A stretch of DNA of 19,243 nt from a bacterium. Lineage in GTDB: Bacteria > Hydrothermota > 32-111. Numbering within the stretch: position 1 is the stretch's first letter; the number at the start of each line of letters is the position of its first letter. The stretch is taken from positions 32,277 to 51,519 of the forward strand of contig JBFXGO010000011.1 of NCBI GenBank assembly GCA_050239825.1, given 5' to 3'. The notes beneath the pieces were generated by a model. It was not told where the DNA came from. It was given only the letters and a program-made list of their open reading frames with translations, and did not search any database. A program made the translations under genes and the position numbers. Of the stretch, positions 5,502-15,075 are shown piece after piece.

Positions 5502-6767
5502 CTACTCCCTATCCTTTACCAAATATATCCCATAAGAAAGGCGGGAAACATCTTTTATTTGCTTGCCTGTGATGTCATATACTTCACACTCTTTCATCTG
5601 CTCCCTTAATTCTCTCTGCCCTAAATATATTACCTTTTTAATATTTTTTTCAATTCCCCTTAATTTTTTAACTTTGAATTTTTGTTCATTTAAAACTTTT
5701 CCATTATTCCCTAATGCTTGAATTGAATAATCATAACTCCCATTTGGAACAACATCTTTGTATTGAGATTTTTCAGTAAAACTAATTAACTTAAAATCTC
5801 CTTGATTATTATCTTTTCTAGAGATTTTATATCCTAAAGCATTATCATTTTCATAATTCATTATAACTGTGTCTCCTTTAATGTTATAATTATAAGAAAA
5901 TTGATTAAGAGCGGTTGTTCTTGTTGTGTCTCCTTTATATACCACACTATCTTCAACAGTAGCCATTCCATGTTTTAATGTATCAATGGGAATTTTAAAT
6001 TCATCATAATATTCTGTATTCCCTATTGTTTTATATAATTCAATAATTACAGTATCTCCAAGATTCCATGTAGAATCTTGTTTTTCTAAATTAATAAAAA
6101 CTTGGGGATAAATATCAGAAGTATCTACTAATGTAGAATCACTTCCAGTAGATTGCAACCAAAGATTGACATAATCAATCTTTTGATTTGGATTTTTTTG
6201 CAACCAAGCTTTTGCTCTTAATGTATCTTCTAATACTGATTCATCTTTTACCTTAAGTATATTTATTGCCTGGCTAACAACATTTTTATCTGGGTCATCT
6301 AAAAATAATGTCGGCATTATTGTATTGTCGCTCCCCCTTATTTTATGTGCATGTGCAGAATATGTTTTTCCACCATCAATCTTTTCAGCACCCATTTTTA
6401 TTGTATCGCTTAAAAATGGTTGTGGGGTAAAACTTGTTGTTGAAAAAGAATAATATCCTAAAGAATCTAAGATAATTGTTTTTGTACCCGAACTTCCATC
6501 ATTAATTATAAATTCAGCAGTCGCATTCTCAGATGATAAGTTATTATAGGTACCATAAATATTTCCGGTTATACCTCCAGAATTTAGATTAACAAATCCT
6601 AAATATATTCCTAATAACATTAAAGATTTTTTCCAATTTTTATTATTCTTTTTTGCCGTCGCATTAGGTGTCTCAGGTCCATGAGGAAAACAATAAGGAC
6701 ATGCCTTTTTTGATTTCAGCATTCTTGATATCTTTGTACCTGACGCCTTTACAGGCATATCAACCAT
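5502..6767 (-). CDS. Secreted-protein paralogue copy 2, N-terminally fused to a basic CxxC peptide (possibly a chimeric/pseudo gene)
   Basis: Homologous to 2487-3623 from KNWKK onward. It lacks the paralogue's ATG and is preceded in frame by MVDMPVKASGTKISRMLKSKKACPYCFPHGPETPNATAKKNN. Confidence 0.75.
   Translation of the reverse strand: MVDMPVKASGTKISRMLKSKKACPYCFPHGPETPNATAKKNNKNWKKSLMLLGIYLGFVNLNSGGITGNIYGTYNNLSSENATAEFIINDGSSGTKTIILDSLGYYSFSTTSFTPQPFLSDTIKMGAEKIDGGKTYSAHAHKIRGSDNTIMPTLFLDDPDKNVVSQAINILKVKDESVLEDTLRAKAWLQKNPNQKIDYVNLWLQSTGSDSTLVDTSDIYPQVFINLEKQDSTWNLGDTVIIELYKTIGNTEYYDEFKIPIDTLKHGMATVEDSVVYKGDTTRTTALNQFSYNYNIKGDTVIMNYENDNALGYKISRKDNNQGDFKLISFTEKSQYKDVVPNGSYDYSIQALGNNGKVLNEQKFKVKKLRGIEKNIKKVIYLGQRELREQMKECEVYDITGKQIKDVSRLSYGIYLVKDRE
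5515..6641. repeat. 1.13-kb direct repeat copy 2
   Basis: Colinear with 2491-3620. Confidence 0.97.
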
Positions 6768-6847
6768 TCCCTTTCTCCCTTACCAAAAGAGTCAGCAACT
6801 TTTTTTCTGCTTTTGTAGTGCTTTATTTTGTGATGTTTTTTCATCAT
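6749..6847 (-). pseudogene. Short basic ORF, probably the frameshifted 5' half of the small CxxC protein fused to copy 2
   Basis: Promoter TTGATT(6891-6886)-N16-TATAAT(6869-6864), SD GGAG, then MMKKHHKIKHYKSRKKVADSFGKGEREWLICL*. It overlaps the 6767 start in another frame. Confidence 0.45.
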
Positions 6848-7036
6848 TCGCTCCATTTTTATTATTATACCCCGCTTTGCATTTAAATCAAGATATTTGA
6901 TGATTTGTTAGTTTTTAGAGATGAAATTCTGAACAAATCGCGACTGAAATAATAGGATTATCCAAAAAGGAATTTAAAAATCTTAATAAAAAGTGAACTT
7001 GTATCTTAATTAATAACCGAACTGCAGTTTAAAATC

Positions 7037-7924
7037 TTATTCGTTTTTTTTCAAAATTAAATTATTTATATACGAAGAGAATGCCGTTATAGGTATATCC
7101 AGAATTTTAACTGCAAAAATATATGCGGTATTTTCAAGAATCATCCGTTTTATTTTTGATTTTTGTTTGTAAAATATTCTTCTGTTGTGTCTGTCATCCA
7201 AATTCAAACAATGATATTTTTTGCCTCTGAGTGATTTTATTATCTCCCAATAATGAGACCCCCATGTTCCTCTTATTTCAAGGCCTTTGCCTAATAATCT
7301 GTTTTGAGGGTCTTCAATGTGTTTCCCAAGTTTTACGGCATACCTGTATGCAAGCATGGACCCCGGTTTCAGATATGATATAAACCATAAATTAGTTGTA
7401 TGAATATCCTTAGGCCATAATCTGCATGGTGTATCATTTATATACAGATATCCGCCCTTTTTTACAAAAGAGAATGCATCCAATATAACTCTGCTTCTCA
7501 AATTCTTATCACTTATCGGAATATGCTCAATAACTCCATTTAAAAGAACAATGTCGAATTTTTTATCTTTTACCTCTTTATGCAAATTGTTCATATTAAA
7601 AATGCTGACTCTCTCTTCGACCTTATGCTCCTTGAGGCGCAATTTGCAGATTTCAAGACTTTTGTTATCAATATCAGCCGCGCAGACATAACTGCATTTT
7701 TCAGCAAGAGCAACAGTAGTCGCACCTGTGCCGCATCCGTAATCAAGAATAGAAAAGTCATTAAGCCGTCCGAAATGATGCTCCATCTCAGGCAAAACAT
7801 ATTCGACGATCTGTGTGTATCGCCCTCCTGTCTCCTGTTTTACATAAGTCTCAAATCGTTTAAGATTTTTTTTGGATGAGAGAAACTCTCTTACAGATGA
7901 TTCAAAAGCATTTGAATATTTCAT
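7037..7924 (-). CDS. Class I SAM-dependent methyltransferase
   Basis: ILDYGCGTG motif I, 'AADID', 'FDIVLLNGVIEHI', 'VKKGGYLYI'. ATG at 7924 preferred over the track start at 7960. Confidence 0.9.
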   Translation of the reverse strand: MKYSNAFESSVREFLSSKKNLKRFETYVKQETGGRYTQIVEYVLPEMEHHFGRLNDFSILDYGCGTGATTVALAEKCSYVCAADIDNKSLEICKLRLKEHKVEERVSIFNMNNLHKEVKDKKFDIVLLNGVIEHIPISDKNLRSRVILDAFSFVKKGGYLYINDTPCRLWPKDIHTTNLWFISYLKPGSMLAYRYAVKLGKHIEDPQNRLLGKGLEIRGTWGSHYWEIIKSLRGKKYHCLNLDDRHNRRIFYKQKSKIKRMILENTAYIFAVKILDIPITAFSSYINNLILKKNE

Positions 7925-8008
7925 AATTGAAATTATATTAATAAATATATGAAAAGTCAATATATCTCTATTTATATTATGGCGCTTGCACGCAGATATT
8001 TTCGCTTA

Positions 8009-8037
8009 TTGACATTTATAGAAAATTATGCTAACAT
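8009..8037 (+). promoter_or_regulatory. Sigma70 promoter of the rib operon
   Basis: TTGACA(8009-8014)-N17-TAACAT(8032-8037) with an extended TG, immediately before the riboswitch. Confidence 0.75.
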
Positions 8038-8043
8038 TCAATT

Positions 8044-8151
8044 TCCTTCGGGGCGGGGTGCAATTCCCCATCGGCGGTAAAGCCCGCGAGCGAGAGATCG
8101 CAGAACCGTTTAGATTACGGTGCCGACTGTAAAGTCAGGATGAAAGAAGGA
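8044..8151 (+). ncRNA. FMN riboswitch (RFN element)
   Basis: TCCTTCGGGGCGGGGTGCAATTCCCCATCGGCGGTAAAGCCCGCGAG...GCCGACTGTAAAGTCAGGATGAAAGAAGGA matches the RFN consensus. Lies upstream of ribD. Confidence 0.96.
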
Positions 8152-8161
8152 TATGTGCCGC

Positions 8162-8185
8162 CCCGATATTGTATCGGGATTTTTT
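8162..8185 (+). terminator. Riboswitch expression-platform terminator
   Basis: CCCGATA-TTG-TATCGGG followed by A and T6. Antiterminator pairing 8048-8056 (TCGGGGCGG) with 8158-8166 (CCGCCCCGA). Confidence 0.8.
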
Positions 8186-9244
8186 ATGAAAAAAGATGAA
8201 ATTTACATGAAAGCGGCGATTGAAAAAGCCGGAAAGGCAAAAGGCAAGACAAGGGTCAATCCTCTCGTTGGCTGTGTCATTGTAAAGAATGACAGGATTA
8301 TATCCGAGGGATATCACAAGGGGCCGGGGTCTGTTCATGCAGAAATAATGGCAATCAACTCTGCATCCGAATCATTGTCGGGGTCGACAATGTATGTGAC
8401 TCTTGAGCCGTGCAATGTCTGGGGCCACACACCTCCATGCGTAGAGACAATTGAGCAGATACAATTCGAAAGGATTGTGATAGGAACAACCGACCCAAAT
8501 CCGCTCGTATCAGGAAGGTCTGTCGCCCGGCTCAAAAAGAAGTACAAAGTTGATTTGCATGTTTTGGAGGATGAGGCAAAGAATCTTAATCCTTATTTCC
8601 GAAATTTCATGGAAAGCAAGAAAACATATATAGTAATGAAGGCGGCTCTCACTCTCGATTCTTTTCTTGAATTCAAAAGAGGAAAAACGAAAAGATTTAC
8701 ATGTGAAGAATCGCTTAAAAGGGTTCACAGAGACAGATATAAAGCGGATGCGATACTGGTGGGTTCAGGCACTGTGAATGCTGATGATCCTATCCTTGAC
8801 TGCAGAATGTATGACAGAAAATACAAACCTTCGGTGATTGTACTTGATTTCAGCAATAAGGCGGATTATTCAAAAAAAATATTCTGTGACAATAACAGAA
8901 AAAAAATCGTTTTTGTATCAGATAAGTACAAAAACAAACTCGAAGAAAAGACTGATATTAAATATTTCTTCATTAAAAGCAAAAGAGATGCATGGAAGCT
9001 CATTAAAAATGAGCTTTGGAGAGAGAATATTATTTCCGTGTTTGTCGAAGGCGGCGGGTCGGTTTTTACCGGAGCCCTGGCAAGCGGTTATATAGACGAA
9101 CTTCATCTTTACTATGCTCCATTTTTCTCCGGAAGTGGAACGAAAATATCTTTTAAAAGAAAATTGAAGAGCGCATTCAAGCTTATTGAAGCTTCAATCT
9201 CCGGAGTTGACATCTATGCGAGGTATGTATGTTTACGGGACTGA
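8186..9244 (+). CDS. ribD: Bifunctional riboflavin deaminase/reductase
   Basis: NPLVGCVIVK, HAE and TLEPC..xGHTPPC Zn motifs, plus AILVGSGTVNADDP and VEGGG. Start at ATG 8186, because 8153 lies inside the riboswitch platform. Confidence 0.96.
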   Translation: MKKDEIYMKAAIEKAGKAKGKTRVNPLVGCVIVKNDRIISEGYHKGPGSVHAEIMAINSASESLSGSTMYVTLEPCNVWGHTPPCVETIEQIQFERIVIGTTDPNPLVSGRSVARLKKKYKVDLHVLEDEAKNLNPYFRNFMESKKTYIVMKAALTLDSFLEFKRGKTKRFTCEESLKRVHRDRYKADAILVGSGTVNADDPILDCRMYDRKYKPSVIVLDFSNKADYSKKIFCDNNRKKIVFVSDKYKNKLEEKTDIKYFFIKSKRDAWKLIKNELWRENIISVFVEGGGSVFTGALASGYIDELHLYYAPFFSGSGTKISFKRKLKSAFKLIEASISGVDIYARYVCLRD

Positions 9245-9822
9245 TTGAAGAACAGGGAAAAATCGCCGGCATAATGAGGATGTCCGGAGGAATCGAGATA
9301 TCGGTGAAAACCGATACGGGTTTTATTTCAGGTGTTAGCATCGGAGATTCGGTCTCCATTGACGGCTGTTGTCTGACTTGCGAGGAAAAGTCCGCAGATT
9401 CATTTAAAGTGCGGGCTTTGTTCTCAAGCGTTCAAAAAACAATCATAAAAGAGTATGTTAAGAACTCGGTTGTAAATCTTGAAAGAGCTATGAGGAGCGA
9501 TTCAAGATATGGAGGCCATTTTGTTTCCGGGCATGTTGACACAACCGGAAGCATTGTCTCGTCTGTGAAGGGAATGCAGGAAATGAACCTGAGGATTGAG
9601 GTGCCGGGGAAATACGGAAAATATCTTATAGAAAATGATTCAATAGCTGTCAACGGAATCTCTCTCACGATAAAATCTGTTTTCGGCAATGAATTCACTC
9701 TTGATATAATTCCAGAGACAATCAAGAAAACAAATCTCTTCATTCTTAGAGCCGGTGATAATGTGAATGTTGAAATAAATCATATTACGAAATCAGTATA
9801 TGAATTCATAAACAGGAGATAA
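9229..9822 (+). CDS. ribE: Riboflavin synthase (alpha chain)
   Basis: MFTGLIEE N-terminus, [22 protein letters not shown]. Confidence 0.97.
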   Translation: MFTGLIEEQGKIAGIMRMSGGIEISVKTDTGFISGVSIGDSVSIDGCCLTCEEKSADSFKVRALFSSVQKTIIKEYVKNSVVNLERAMRSDSRYGGHFVSGHVDTTGSIVSSVKGMQEMNLRIEVPGKYGKYLIENDSIAVNGISLTIKSVFGNEFTLDIIPETIKKTNLFILRAGDNVNVEINHITKSVYEFINRR

Positions 9823-9823
9823 G

Positions 9824-11023
9824 ATGATAAGCAGCATAAAAGAAGCCATTGAAGACATCCGCAAAGGTAAGATAGTCATAGTTGTGGACGATGAGGACAG
9901 GGAGAATGAAGGTGATTTCATTATGGCCTCTGAGATGGTGACTCCTGAAGCTATAAATTTCATGGCAAGGGAGGGACGCGGTCTGATTTGCGTTTCTATG
10001 ACCGAACAGATGCTTTCAAGACTTAACCTGAAGATGATGTGCGACACAAATACAGCCCTTCACGGAACTAATTTTACTGTCTCTGTAGATGCAAAAAAAG
10101 GAATAGAAACGGGAATTTCAGCATATGACAGAGCAATCACAATCAAACTTCTGATTGATGAAAAAACAAAAGGAGTCGACCTTGCAAAACCGGGGCATGT
10201 ATTTCCTCTGAAAGCTGAGGAGGGGGGAGTACTGAAGAGGGCAGGTCACACTGAAGCCGTTTCAGACCTTGCGCGGCTCGCCGGTTTGAAGCCTTCCGGA
10301 ATTCTTTGCGAAATCATGGATGATGACGGACATATGGCAAGACTGCCGAAATTGAAACAAATATCCCGCAAACATAATCTGAAAATTGTCACAATCAAGG
10401 ACCTTATAGCATTCAGGTGCGGAAAAGATAAGTTCGTCCACAGAGAGGTTGAAGCAAGGCTTCCCACAGAATACGGAGAATTTAAAATAATAGTTTATAC
10501 CAATGATGTGGATTCTCACATTCATGTGGCGATTATAAAAGGAAACATAAAGAATTCAAAGGATGTTATCGTAAGGGTGCATTCCGAATGTTTCACAGGA
10601 GATATTTTCCATTCACTGAAATGCGACTGCGGAAATCAACTTCGTAAAGCCCTTGAAATAATCGAAAAGGAAAAGAGGGGAGTTGTTCTTTATCTGCGGC
10701 AGGAGGGAAGAGGCATAGGACTTGTCAATAAGATAAAGGCTTATCACCTGCAGGACAAGGGATACGACACCGTTGAAGCAAACATCAAACTGGGATTCAA
10801 AGCAGACTTGAGAGATTACGGAATAGGCGCTCAGATACTGAAGGACCTTGGCTTGAAAACCATCAGACTCCTTACGAACAATCCCAAGAAGGTTGTCGGA
10901 CTTGAAGGGTACGGTATAAAGATAACTAAGAGACTGCCTCTTGAAACAGAACCGAATAAGGAAAATAAAGAATATCTCAAAACAAAGAAAGACAAAATGG
11001 GTCACATTTTGAAAAAAATATAG
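9824..11023 (+). CDS. ribBA: Bifunctional DHBP synthase / GTP cyclohydrolase II
   Basis: [51 protein letters not shown]. Confidence 0.97.
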   Translation: MISSIKEAIEDIRKGKIVIVVDDEDRENEGDFIMASEMVTPEAINFMAREGRGLICVSMTEQMLSRLNLKMMCDTNTALHGTNFTVSVDAKKGIETGISAYDRAITIKLLIDEKTKGVDLAKPGHVFPLKAEEGGVLKRAGHTEAVSDLARLAGLKPSGILCEIMDDDGHMARLPKLKQISRKHNLKIVTIKDLIAFRCGKDKFVHREVEARLPTEYGEFKIIVYTNDVDSHIHVAIIKGNIKNSKDVIVRVHSECFTGDIFHSLKCDCGNQLRKALEIIEKEKRGVVLYLRQEGRGIGLVNKIKAYHLQDKGYDTVEANIKLGFKADLRDYGIGAQILKDLGLKTIRLLTNNPKKVVGLEGYGIKITKRLPLETEPNKENKEYLKTKKDKMGHILKKI

Positions 11024-11032
11024 GAGGCAATT

Positions 11033-11506
11033 ATGGCAAAATTTCATGAAGGCGGTTATGACGGAAAAGGAATGAGGTTCGCGATAATATCTTCGCGTTT
11101 CAACAACTTCATCACAAAAAATCTTATAGAAGGGGCAGTTGACTGTTTGAAGAGACATTCAGTGGATGAAAAGGACATAGAAATTTATCTTGTTCCCGGT
11201 GCGTTTGAGATACCTCAGGCCGCAAAAAAGGTCATAAACTCAAAGACCAATAAGGGACTGAGCGGTGTGATATGTCTCGGCACAGTAATCAGGGGAGAGA
11301 CTCCGCACTTTGATTTCGTTGCATCTGAAGTGTCAAAGGGCATAGCAAAAATATCAATGGATGTTGATATTCCCATCGCTTTTGGTATAATTACTGCAGA
11401 TTCTACAGAGCAGGCGATTGAAAGAGCCGGCACTAAATCAGGCAATAAAGGTTATGACGCCGCTGAGACAGTGCTGGAGATGGCAAATCTTTACAAAAGG
11501 ATGTGA
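11033..11506 (+). CDS. ribH: 6,7-dimethyl-8-ribityllumazine synthase
   Basis: [31 protein letters not shown]. Confidence 0.97.
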   Translation: MAKFHEGGYDGKGMRFAIISSRFNNFITKNLIEGAVDCLKRHSVDEKDIEIYLVPGAFEIPQAAKKVINSKTNKGLSGVICLGTVIRGETPHFDFVASEVSKGIAKISMDVDIPIAFGIITADSTEQAIERAGTKSGNKGYDAAETVLEMANLYKRM

Positions 11507-11943
11507 ACTTGGGCAAACGAAGGGAGTCCAGAGTGCTCGCAATGAAAGCTCTCTATATGTATGAAATGAATGACTGCGGGGATATGGAGTCAATTTTGAA
11601 TGAGGTATTTGAACTTGAAGAAAATCTTAGTGATGATGTCAAGAAGTATGCGGTGAATCTTACAAACAAAGCCACTCTTTTCTATGACAAGCTTAACAAT
11701 CTCATAAATAATGCGACGAAGAACTGGAAAATAGAAAGAATGGCGGTTATTGATAAAAATATTATCAGAATTGCTCTTGTAGAAATTTACCTCCAGGACA
11801 AAGTGCCTGATGTTGTTGCCATTAACGAAGCGATAGAAATCGCCAAAGAGTATTCTACCAATGATTCGGGAGGATTTGTGAACGGAATACTTGACTTCAT
11901 TGTAAAGAACAAGGACGAATTTGAGAAGAAACTGAAGGACTGA
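11503..11943 (+). CDS. nusB: Transcription antitermination factor NusB
   Basis: [47 protein letters not shown] start overlaps the ribH stop. Confidence 0.95.
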   Translation: MNLGKRRESRVLAMKALYMYEMNDCGDMESILNEVFELEENLSDDVKKYAVNLTNKATLFYDKLNNLINNATKNWKIERMAVIDKNIIRIALVEIYLQDKVPDVVAINEAIEIAKEYSTNDSGGFVNGILDFIVKNKDEFEKKLKD

Positions 11944-12671
11944 TGAAATACCTATTCCTTTCGGATGTGCACTCAAACTATGATGCTTTGGAATCCATAC
12001 TTAAAAAAGCGGATTTGATATCAACCGATTATTCAGTCATCTGCGTGGGCGATATCGTGGGGTATGGAGCCGAACCGAATGAATGCATGGAAAGGATTTT
12101 GAAGCTCACCGATAATATTGTTTTAGGCAATCATGATGCCGGTGTAATAGGCAAGGCGGATATAAGGATGTTCAATTACTCTGCAAAAGAGGCTATCATT
12201 TGGACAAGAGAGAAATTGAAGAGGGAGAACTTGAAAAAAATATATGAATTTCCATATCTGCTCAGAGAGAATAATTTTGCAGTTGTCCACTCATCACCTT
12301 CAAATCCGGAATACTGGAATTATATTGATTCAATATATGAGGCGCAGGATGAATTCAAAGTCACAGATTTTCATCTGATATTTATCGGACATACGCATAT
12401 ACCTCTTGTCTATTGCCAGAAGAGTGAGACCGTCAGGATTATGTTTGATGAAAAAATAGAATGCGAAAGAAACTGCAGGTACATAGTGAATGTGGGTTCG
12501 GTCGGTCAGCCCAGAAATCAGGACAACAGGGCGTGCGCTCTTTTCTATGATTCAGATGTAAATACTCTGCAGTATGTGAAGGCGGAATATGACATAAAAT
12601 CAGCCCAGAGGAAGATACTTGAAGCGCATCTTCCAAAGTTTCTTGCCGAGAGGCTTGAGAGGGGGCTATGA
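11943..12671 (+). CDS. Metallophosphoesterase family protein (calcineurin-like)
   Basis: SDVHSN, GDIVGYG, GNHD, GHTH, NVGSVGQPR motifs. Confidence 0.93.
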   Translation: MKYLFLSDVHSNYDALESILKKADLISTDYSVICVGDIVGYGAEPNECMERILKLTDNIVLGNHDAGVIGKADIRMFNYSAKEAIIWTREKLKRENLKKIYEFPYLLRENNFAVVHSSPSNPEYWNYIDSIYEAQDEFKVTDFHLIFIGHTHIPLVYCQKSETVRIMFDEKIECERNCRYIVNVGSVGQPRNQDNRACALFYDSDVNTLQYVKAEYDIKSAQRKILEAHLPKFLAERLERGL

Positions 12672-13558
12672 AGAAAATTCTTATAACAGGAGCAGAAGGA
12701 TTTGTCGCCTCATATTTAAGCGAAGAGTTGAAAAATGATTTTGAGATAGAAGGCGGCTATTTCATAAAGAAAAATCTGCCGATTAAATCATTTTTCCTTG
12801 ATGTCACAGAATTTTCTCAGGTAGAGGAGAAAATCAGAGAGGGGTCCTACGATGCCATTTTTCATTTGGCTGGTCAATCTTCCGCAAAAATTGCAAAAGT
12901 AAACTCCTATGACACATATAGAATTAACATTTTCGGAGCATTGAACCTTGCTGAGGCTATAATCAGGCATTCCATAAAGACTCGCCTGCTATTTATCTCA
13001 ACATCGGATGTCTATGGGAATCCGAAATACCTGCCGGTTGACGAGAATCATCCCGTATCACCGTTAAATGCTTACTCCCATTCCAAACTTCTTGCCGAAG
13101 ATGTTCTTTTGGGCTACTCAAGGAAGAATCTTGACCTTGTGATAGCGCGTTCTTTTAATCACACCGGAGTGGGGCAGACTGTTAATTTCTTTATACCATC
13201 AATGATTGAACAGGTTAAGAATTCAGCGGACGGCGGCACGATCCATGCAGGCGACCTCTCTCTCTCTCGGGATTTTTCGGATGTGAGGGATGTTGTCAAT
13301 GCCTACAGGAAGCTATTGTCGGTTGAAAAGGGAATATACAACATTTCTTCAGAGAGTTCAATTAAACTGAGTGAAATTGTGAATTACATCATAAAAAAAT
13401 CATCAAAAAAAATAAATGTAAAGCAAAGACCTGACCTTATAAGAGAAGGAGAACCCGCAGAATTCTACGGTACGGCGGCTAAGTTAAAAAGCAGAATTGA
13501 ATGGAAAAGAGAAAGAACCATCTTCGACACAATCGACTGGATGATGAGTGATGAATGA
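12668..13558 (+). CDS. NAD-dependent epimerase/dehydratase (Rmd / GDP-mannose dehydratase-like extended SDR)
   Basis: ILITGAEGFVA, HLAGQSS, YSHSK (YxxxK), RSFNHTGVGQ, RDFSDVRDVV. Confidence 0.9.
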   Translation: MKKILITGAEGFVASYLSEELKNDFEIEGGYFIKKNLPIKSFFLDVTEFSQVEEKIREGSYDAIFHLAGQSSAKIAKVNSYDTYRINIFGALNLAEAIIRHSIKTRLLFISTSDVYGNPKYLPVDENHPVSPLNAYSHSKLLAEDVLLGYSRKNLDLVIARSFNHTGVGQTVNFFIPSMIEQVKNSADGGTIHAGDLSLSRDFSDVRDVVNAYRKLLSVEKGIYNISSESSIKLSEIVNYIIKKSSKKINVKQRPDLIREGEPAEFYGTAAKLKSRIEWKRERTIFDTIDWMMSDE

Positions 13559-14240
13559 AAAAGCTTTAATAATAAGCGATTGCCACATTAGCACGGATGA
13601 CCAGACTGGAGAGTCGGATCTGATAAAACTTATAACACATCAGGATTTCTCTCTGTTGATTCTGCTCGGAGACACTTTTGATTTTTACTTTGATTTCAAG
13701 AATTATATCCCTGAAAATTATATGCCAATTCTGAATATTCTCAAAAAAATATCATCAGAGAGGAAGGTCGTTGTATTTAAAGGAAATCATGACATGTGGT
13801 TCGGAGATTCTTTTAAAAAACAAACGAATGCTCAAATCGAAGACGGAACCGTGGAGATGAAAATCTGCGGCGGGAAATATCTGTTTAATCACGGAGATGA
13901 TTTCTGCGACAAATCTCTTCTGAGAATCATCGCTGATGCGTTTCTGAAAAATTCATCCACAGTTTTGTTATTCTCTCTGATTCCTCCAAGGACGGCTTAT
14001 GCATTGGGTAGAGTTGTTTCGAAAGCAACAGGAGGCGGGGAATATAAAAATAAAACGAAGCAGATGACTGTAAACATTAAAAAAAGGCTTGATTTGAAGA
14101 GTATTGATGCAGTAATTGTCGGACATTCTCATAGTTCTCAGAGAACTGAAAGAGGTAAAATAATTTTTCTCGGTGATTTTAAAAGAATGAAAGAATTCGC
14201 CGTCATTGATGAAAAGGGGGTGCGGGTTGAACATATTTAA
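13551..14240 (+). CDS. UDP-2,3-diacylglucosamine diphosphatase-like (LpxH/LpxH2) metallophosphoesterase
   Basis: ISDCHI, LLGDTFDF, GNHDMW, HGD, GHSH and 'LGDF' motifs. Confidence 0.8.
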   Translation: MNEKALIISDCHISTDDQTGESDLIKLITHQDFSLLILLGDTFDFYFDFKNYIPENYMPILNILKKISSERKVVVFKGNHDMWFGDSFKKQTNAQIEDGTVEMKICGGKYLFNHGDDFCDKSLLRIIADAFLKNSSTVLLFSLIPPRTAYALGRVVSKATGGGEYKNKTKQMTVNIKKRLDLKSIDAVIVGHSHSSQRTERGKIIFLGDFKRMKEFAVIDEKGVRVEHI

Positions 14241-15075
14241 AGTAGTCTCAAGAGCGATTATTGAGAACAGCGTTATGGAGTCAATCAAAGAGGATAAGGC
14301 GTTTTTTGATATAACCACGCAGATGTGCGTGCCTGAAGATGAAGAGGGCTCTGCGATAGCTGTTGCCAAGGAGGAAGGAATAATAAGCGGCATTCAGATA
14401 AGCGAGGTGGTTCTACAGAATTTCGGCACATATGTGGTGGATTATTTTGTAGAGGATGGAGACCGGGTCTCTCCTGCAAAGGAGCTATTCAGAGTCAAGG
14501 GCAGACTCAGGGGCATACTTTCCGCCGAGCGCACTCTTCTCAATTATATTCAGAGGCTGAGCGGAATTTCTACAGAAACAAACAAATTTGTAAAGCTTTC
14601 CGAAGAGAGCGGAATAAAGATTCTCGATACCAGAAAGACCACGCCTGCTCTCAGGCATCTTGAAAAATATGCCGTAATGTGCGGCGGGGGGATAAACCAC
14701 AGAATGGACCTTTTTGACCAAATAATGATTAAGGACAATCATCTTGCTCATCTTAAAAACGAACTATCGGTTATTAATAGAATGAAAAATAAATATCCGG
14801 ATAAGATAATTGTAGTTGAGAGCGATTCGCCGGACAAGTTAGAGAGAATTTTAAAATACCCCGTGGATAGAATTCTTCTTGACAACATGACTCCTCAAAT
14901 GATTGAAGAATCAATAGCTATTATAAACAAAAGGGCTGAAGTAGAAGTATCTGGCAATATCAATGAAAAAAACATAAAGAATTATTTGATAAACGGAGTG
15001 GATTACATTTCAATTGGAAGATTGACTCATTCATTCAAATCTATGGATATAAGCCTGCAGGTGATGAATGCTTGA
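14227..15075 (+). CDS. nadC: Nicotinate-nucleotide pyrophosphorylase (carboxylating)
   Basis: AERTLLN, LDTRKTTP, NHRMDL, IKDNH, LLDNM, SGNI. Start uncertain: TTG 14227 preferred, 14206/14209 possible. Confidence 0.95.
   Translation: MNIFKVVSRAIIENSVMESIKEDKAFFDITTQMCVPEDEEGSAIAVAKEEGIISGIQISEVVLQNFGTYVVDYFVEDGDRVSPAKELFRVKGRLRGILSAERTLLNYIQRLSGISTETNKFVKLSEESGIKILDTRKTTPALRHLEKYAVMCGGGINHRMDLFDQIMIKDNHLAHLKNELSVINRMKNKYPDKIIVVESDSPDKLERILKYPVDRILLDNMTPQMIEESIAIINKRAEVEVSGNINEKNIKNYLINGVDYISIGRLTHSFKSMDISLQVMNA

Noticed and set aside
2491..6641. Diversity-generating retroelement (TR/VR pair) explaining the paralogue differences
   Set aside because: Differences involve all four bases and an indel, are N-terminal, span whole genes, and no reverse transcriptase is in the window.
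629..6767. Classical integron cassette array
   Set aside because: No intI, no clear RYYYAAC...GTTRRRY attC sites between genes, and the genes carry their own promoters.
8153..8185. ribD start at 8153
   Set aside because: Falls within the riboswitch expression platform; homology begins at MKKDEIYM (8186).
10612..10632. RibBA motif SLKCDCG instead of the usual SLRCDCG
   Set aside because: Conservative substitution with all Zn-binding cysteines intact; no evidence of altered function.
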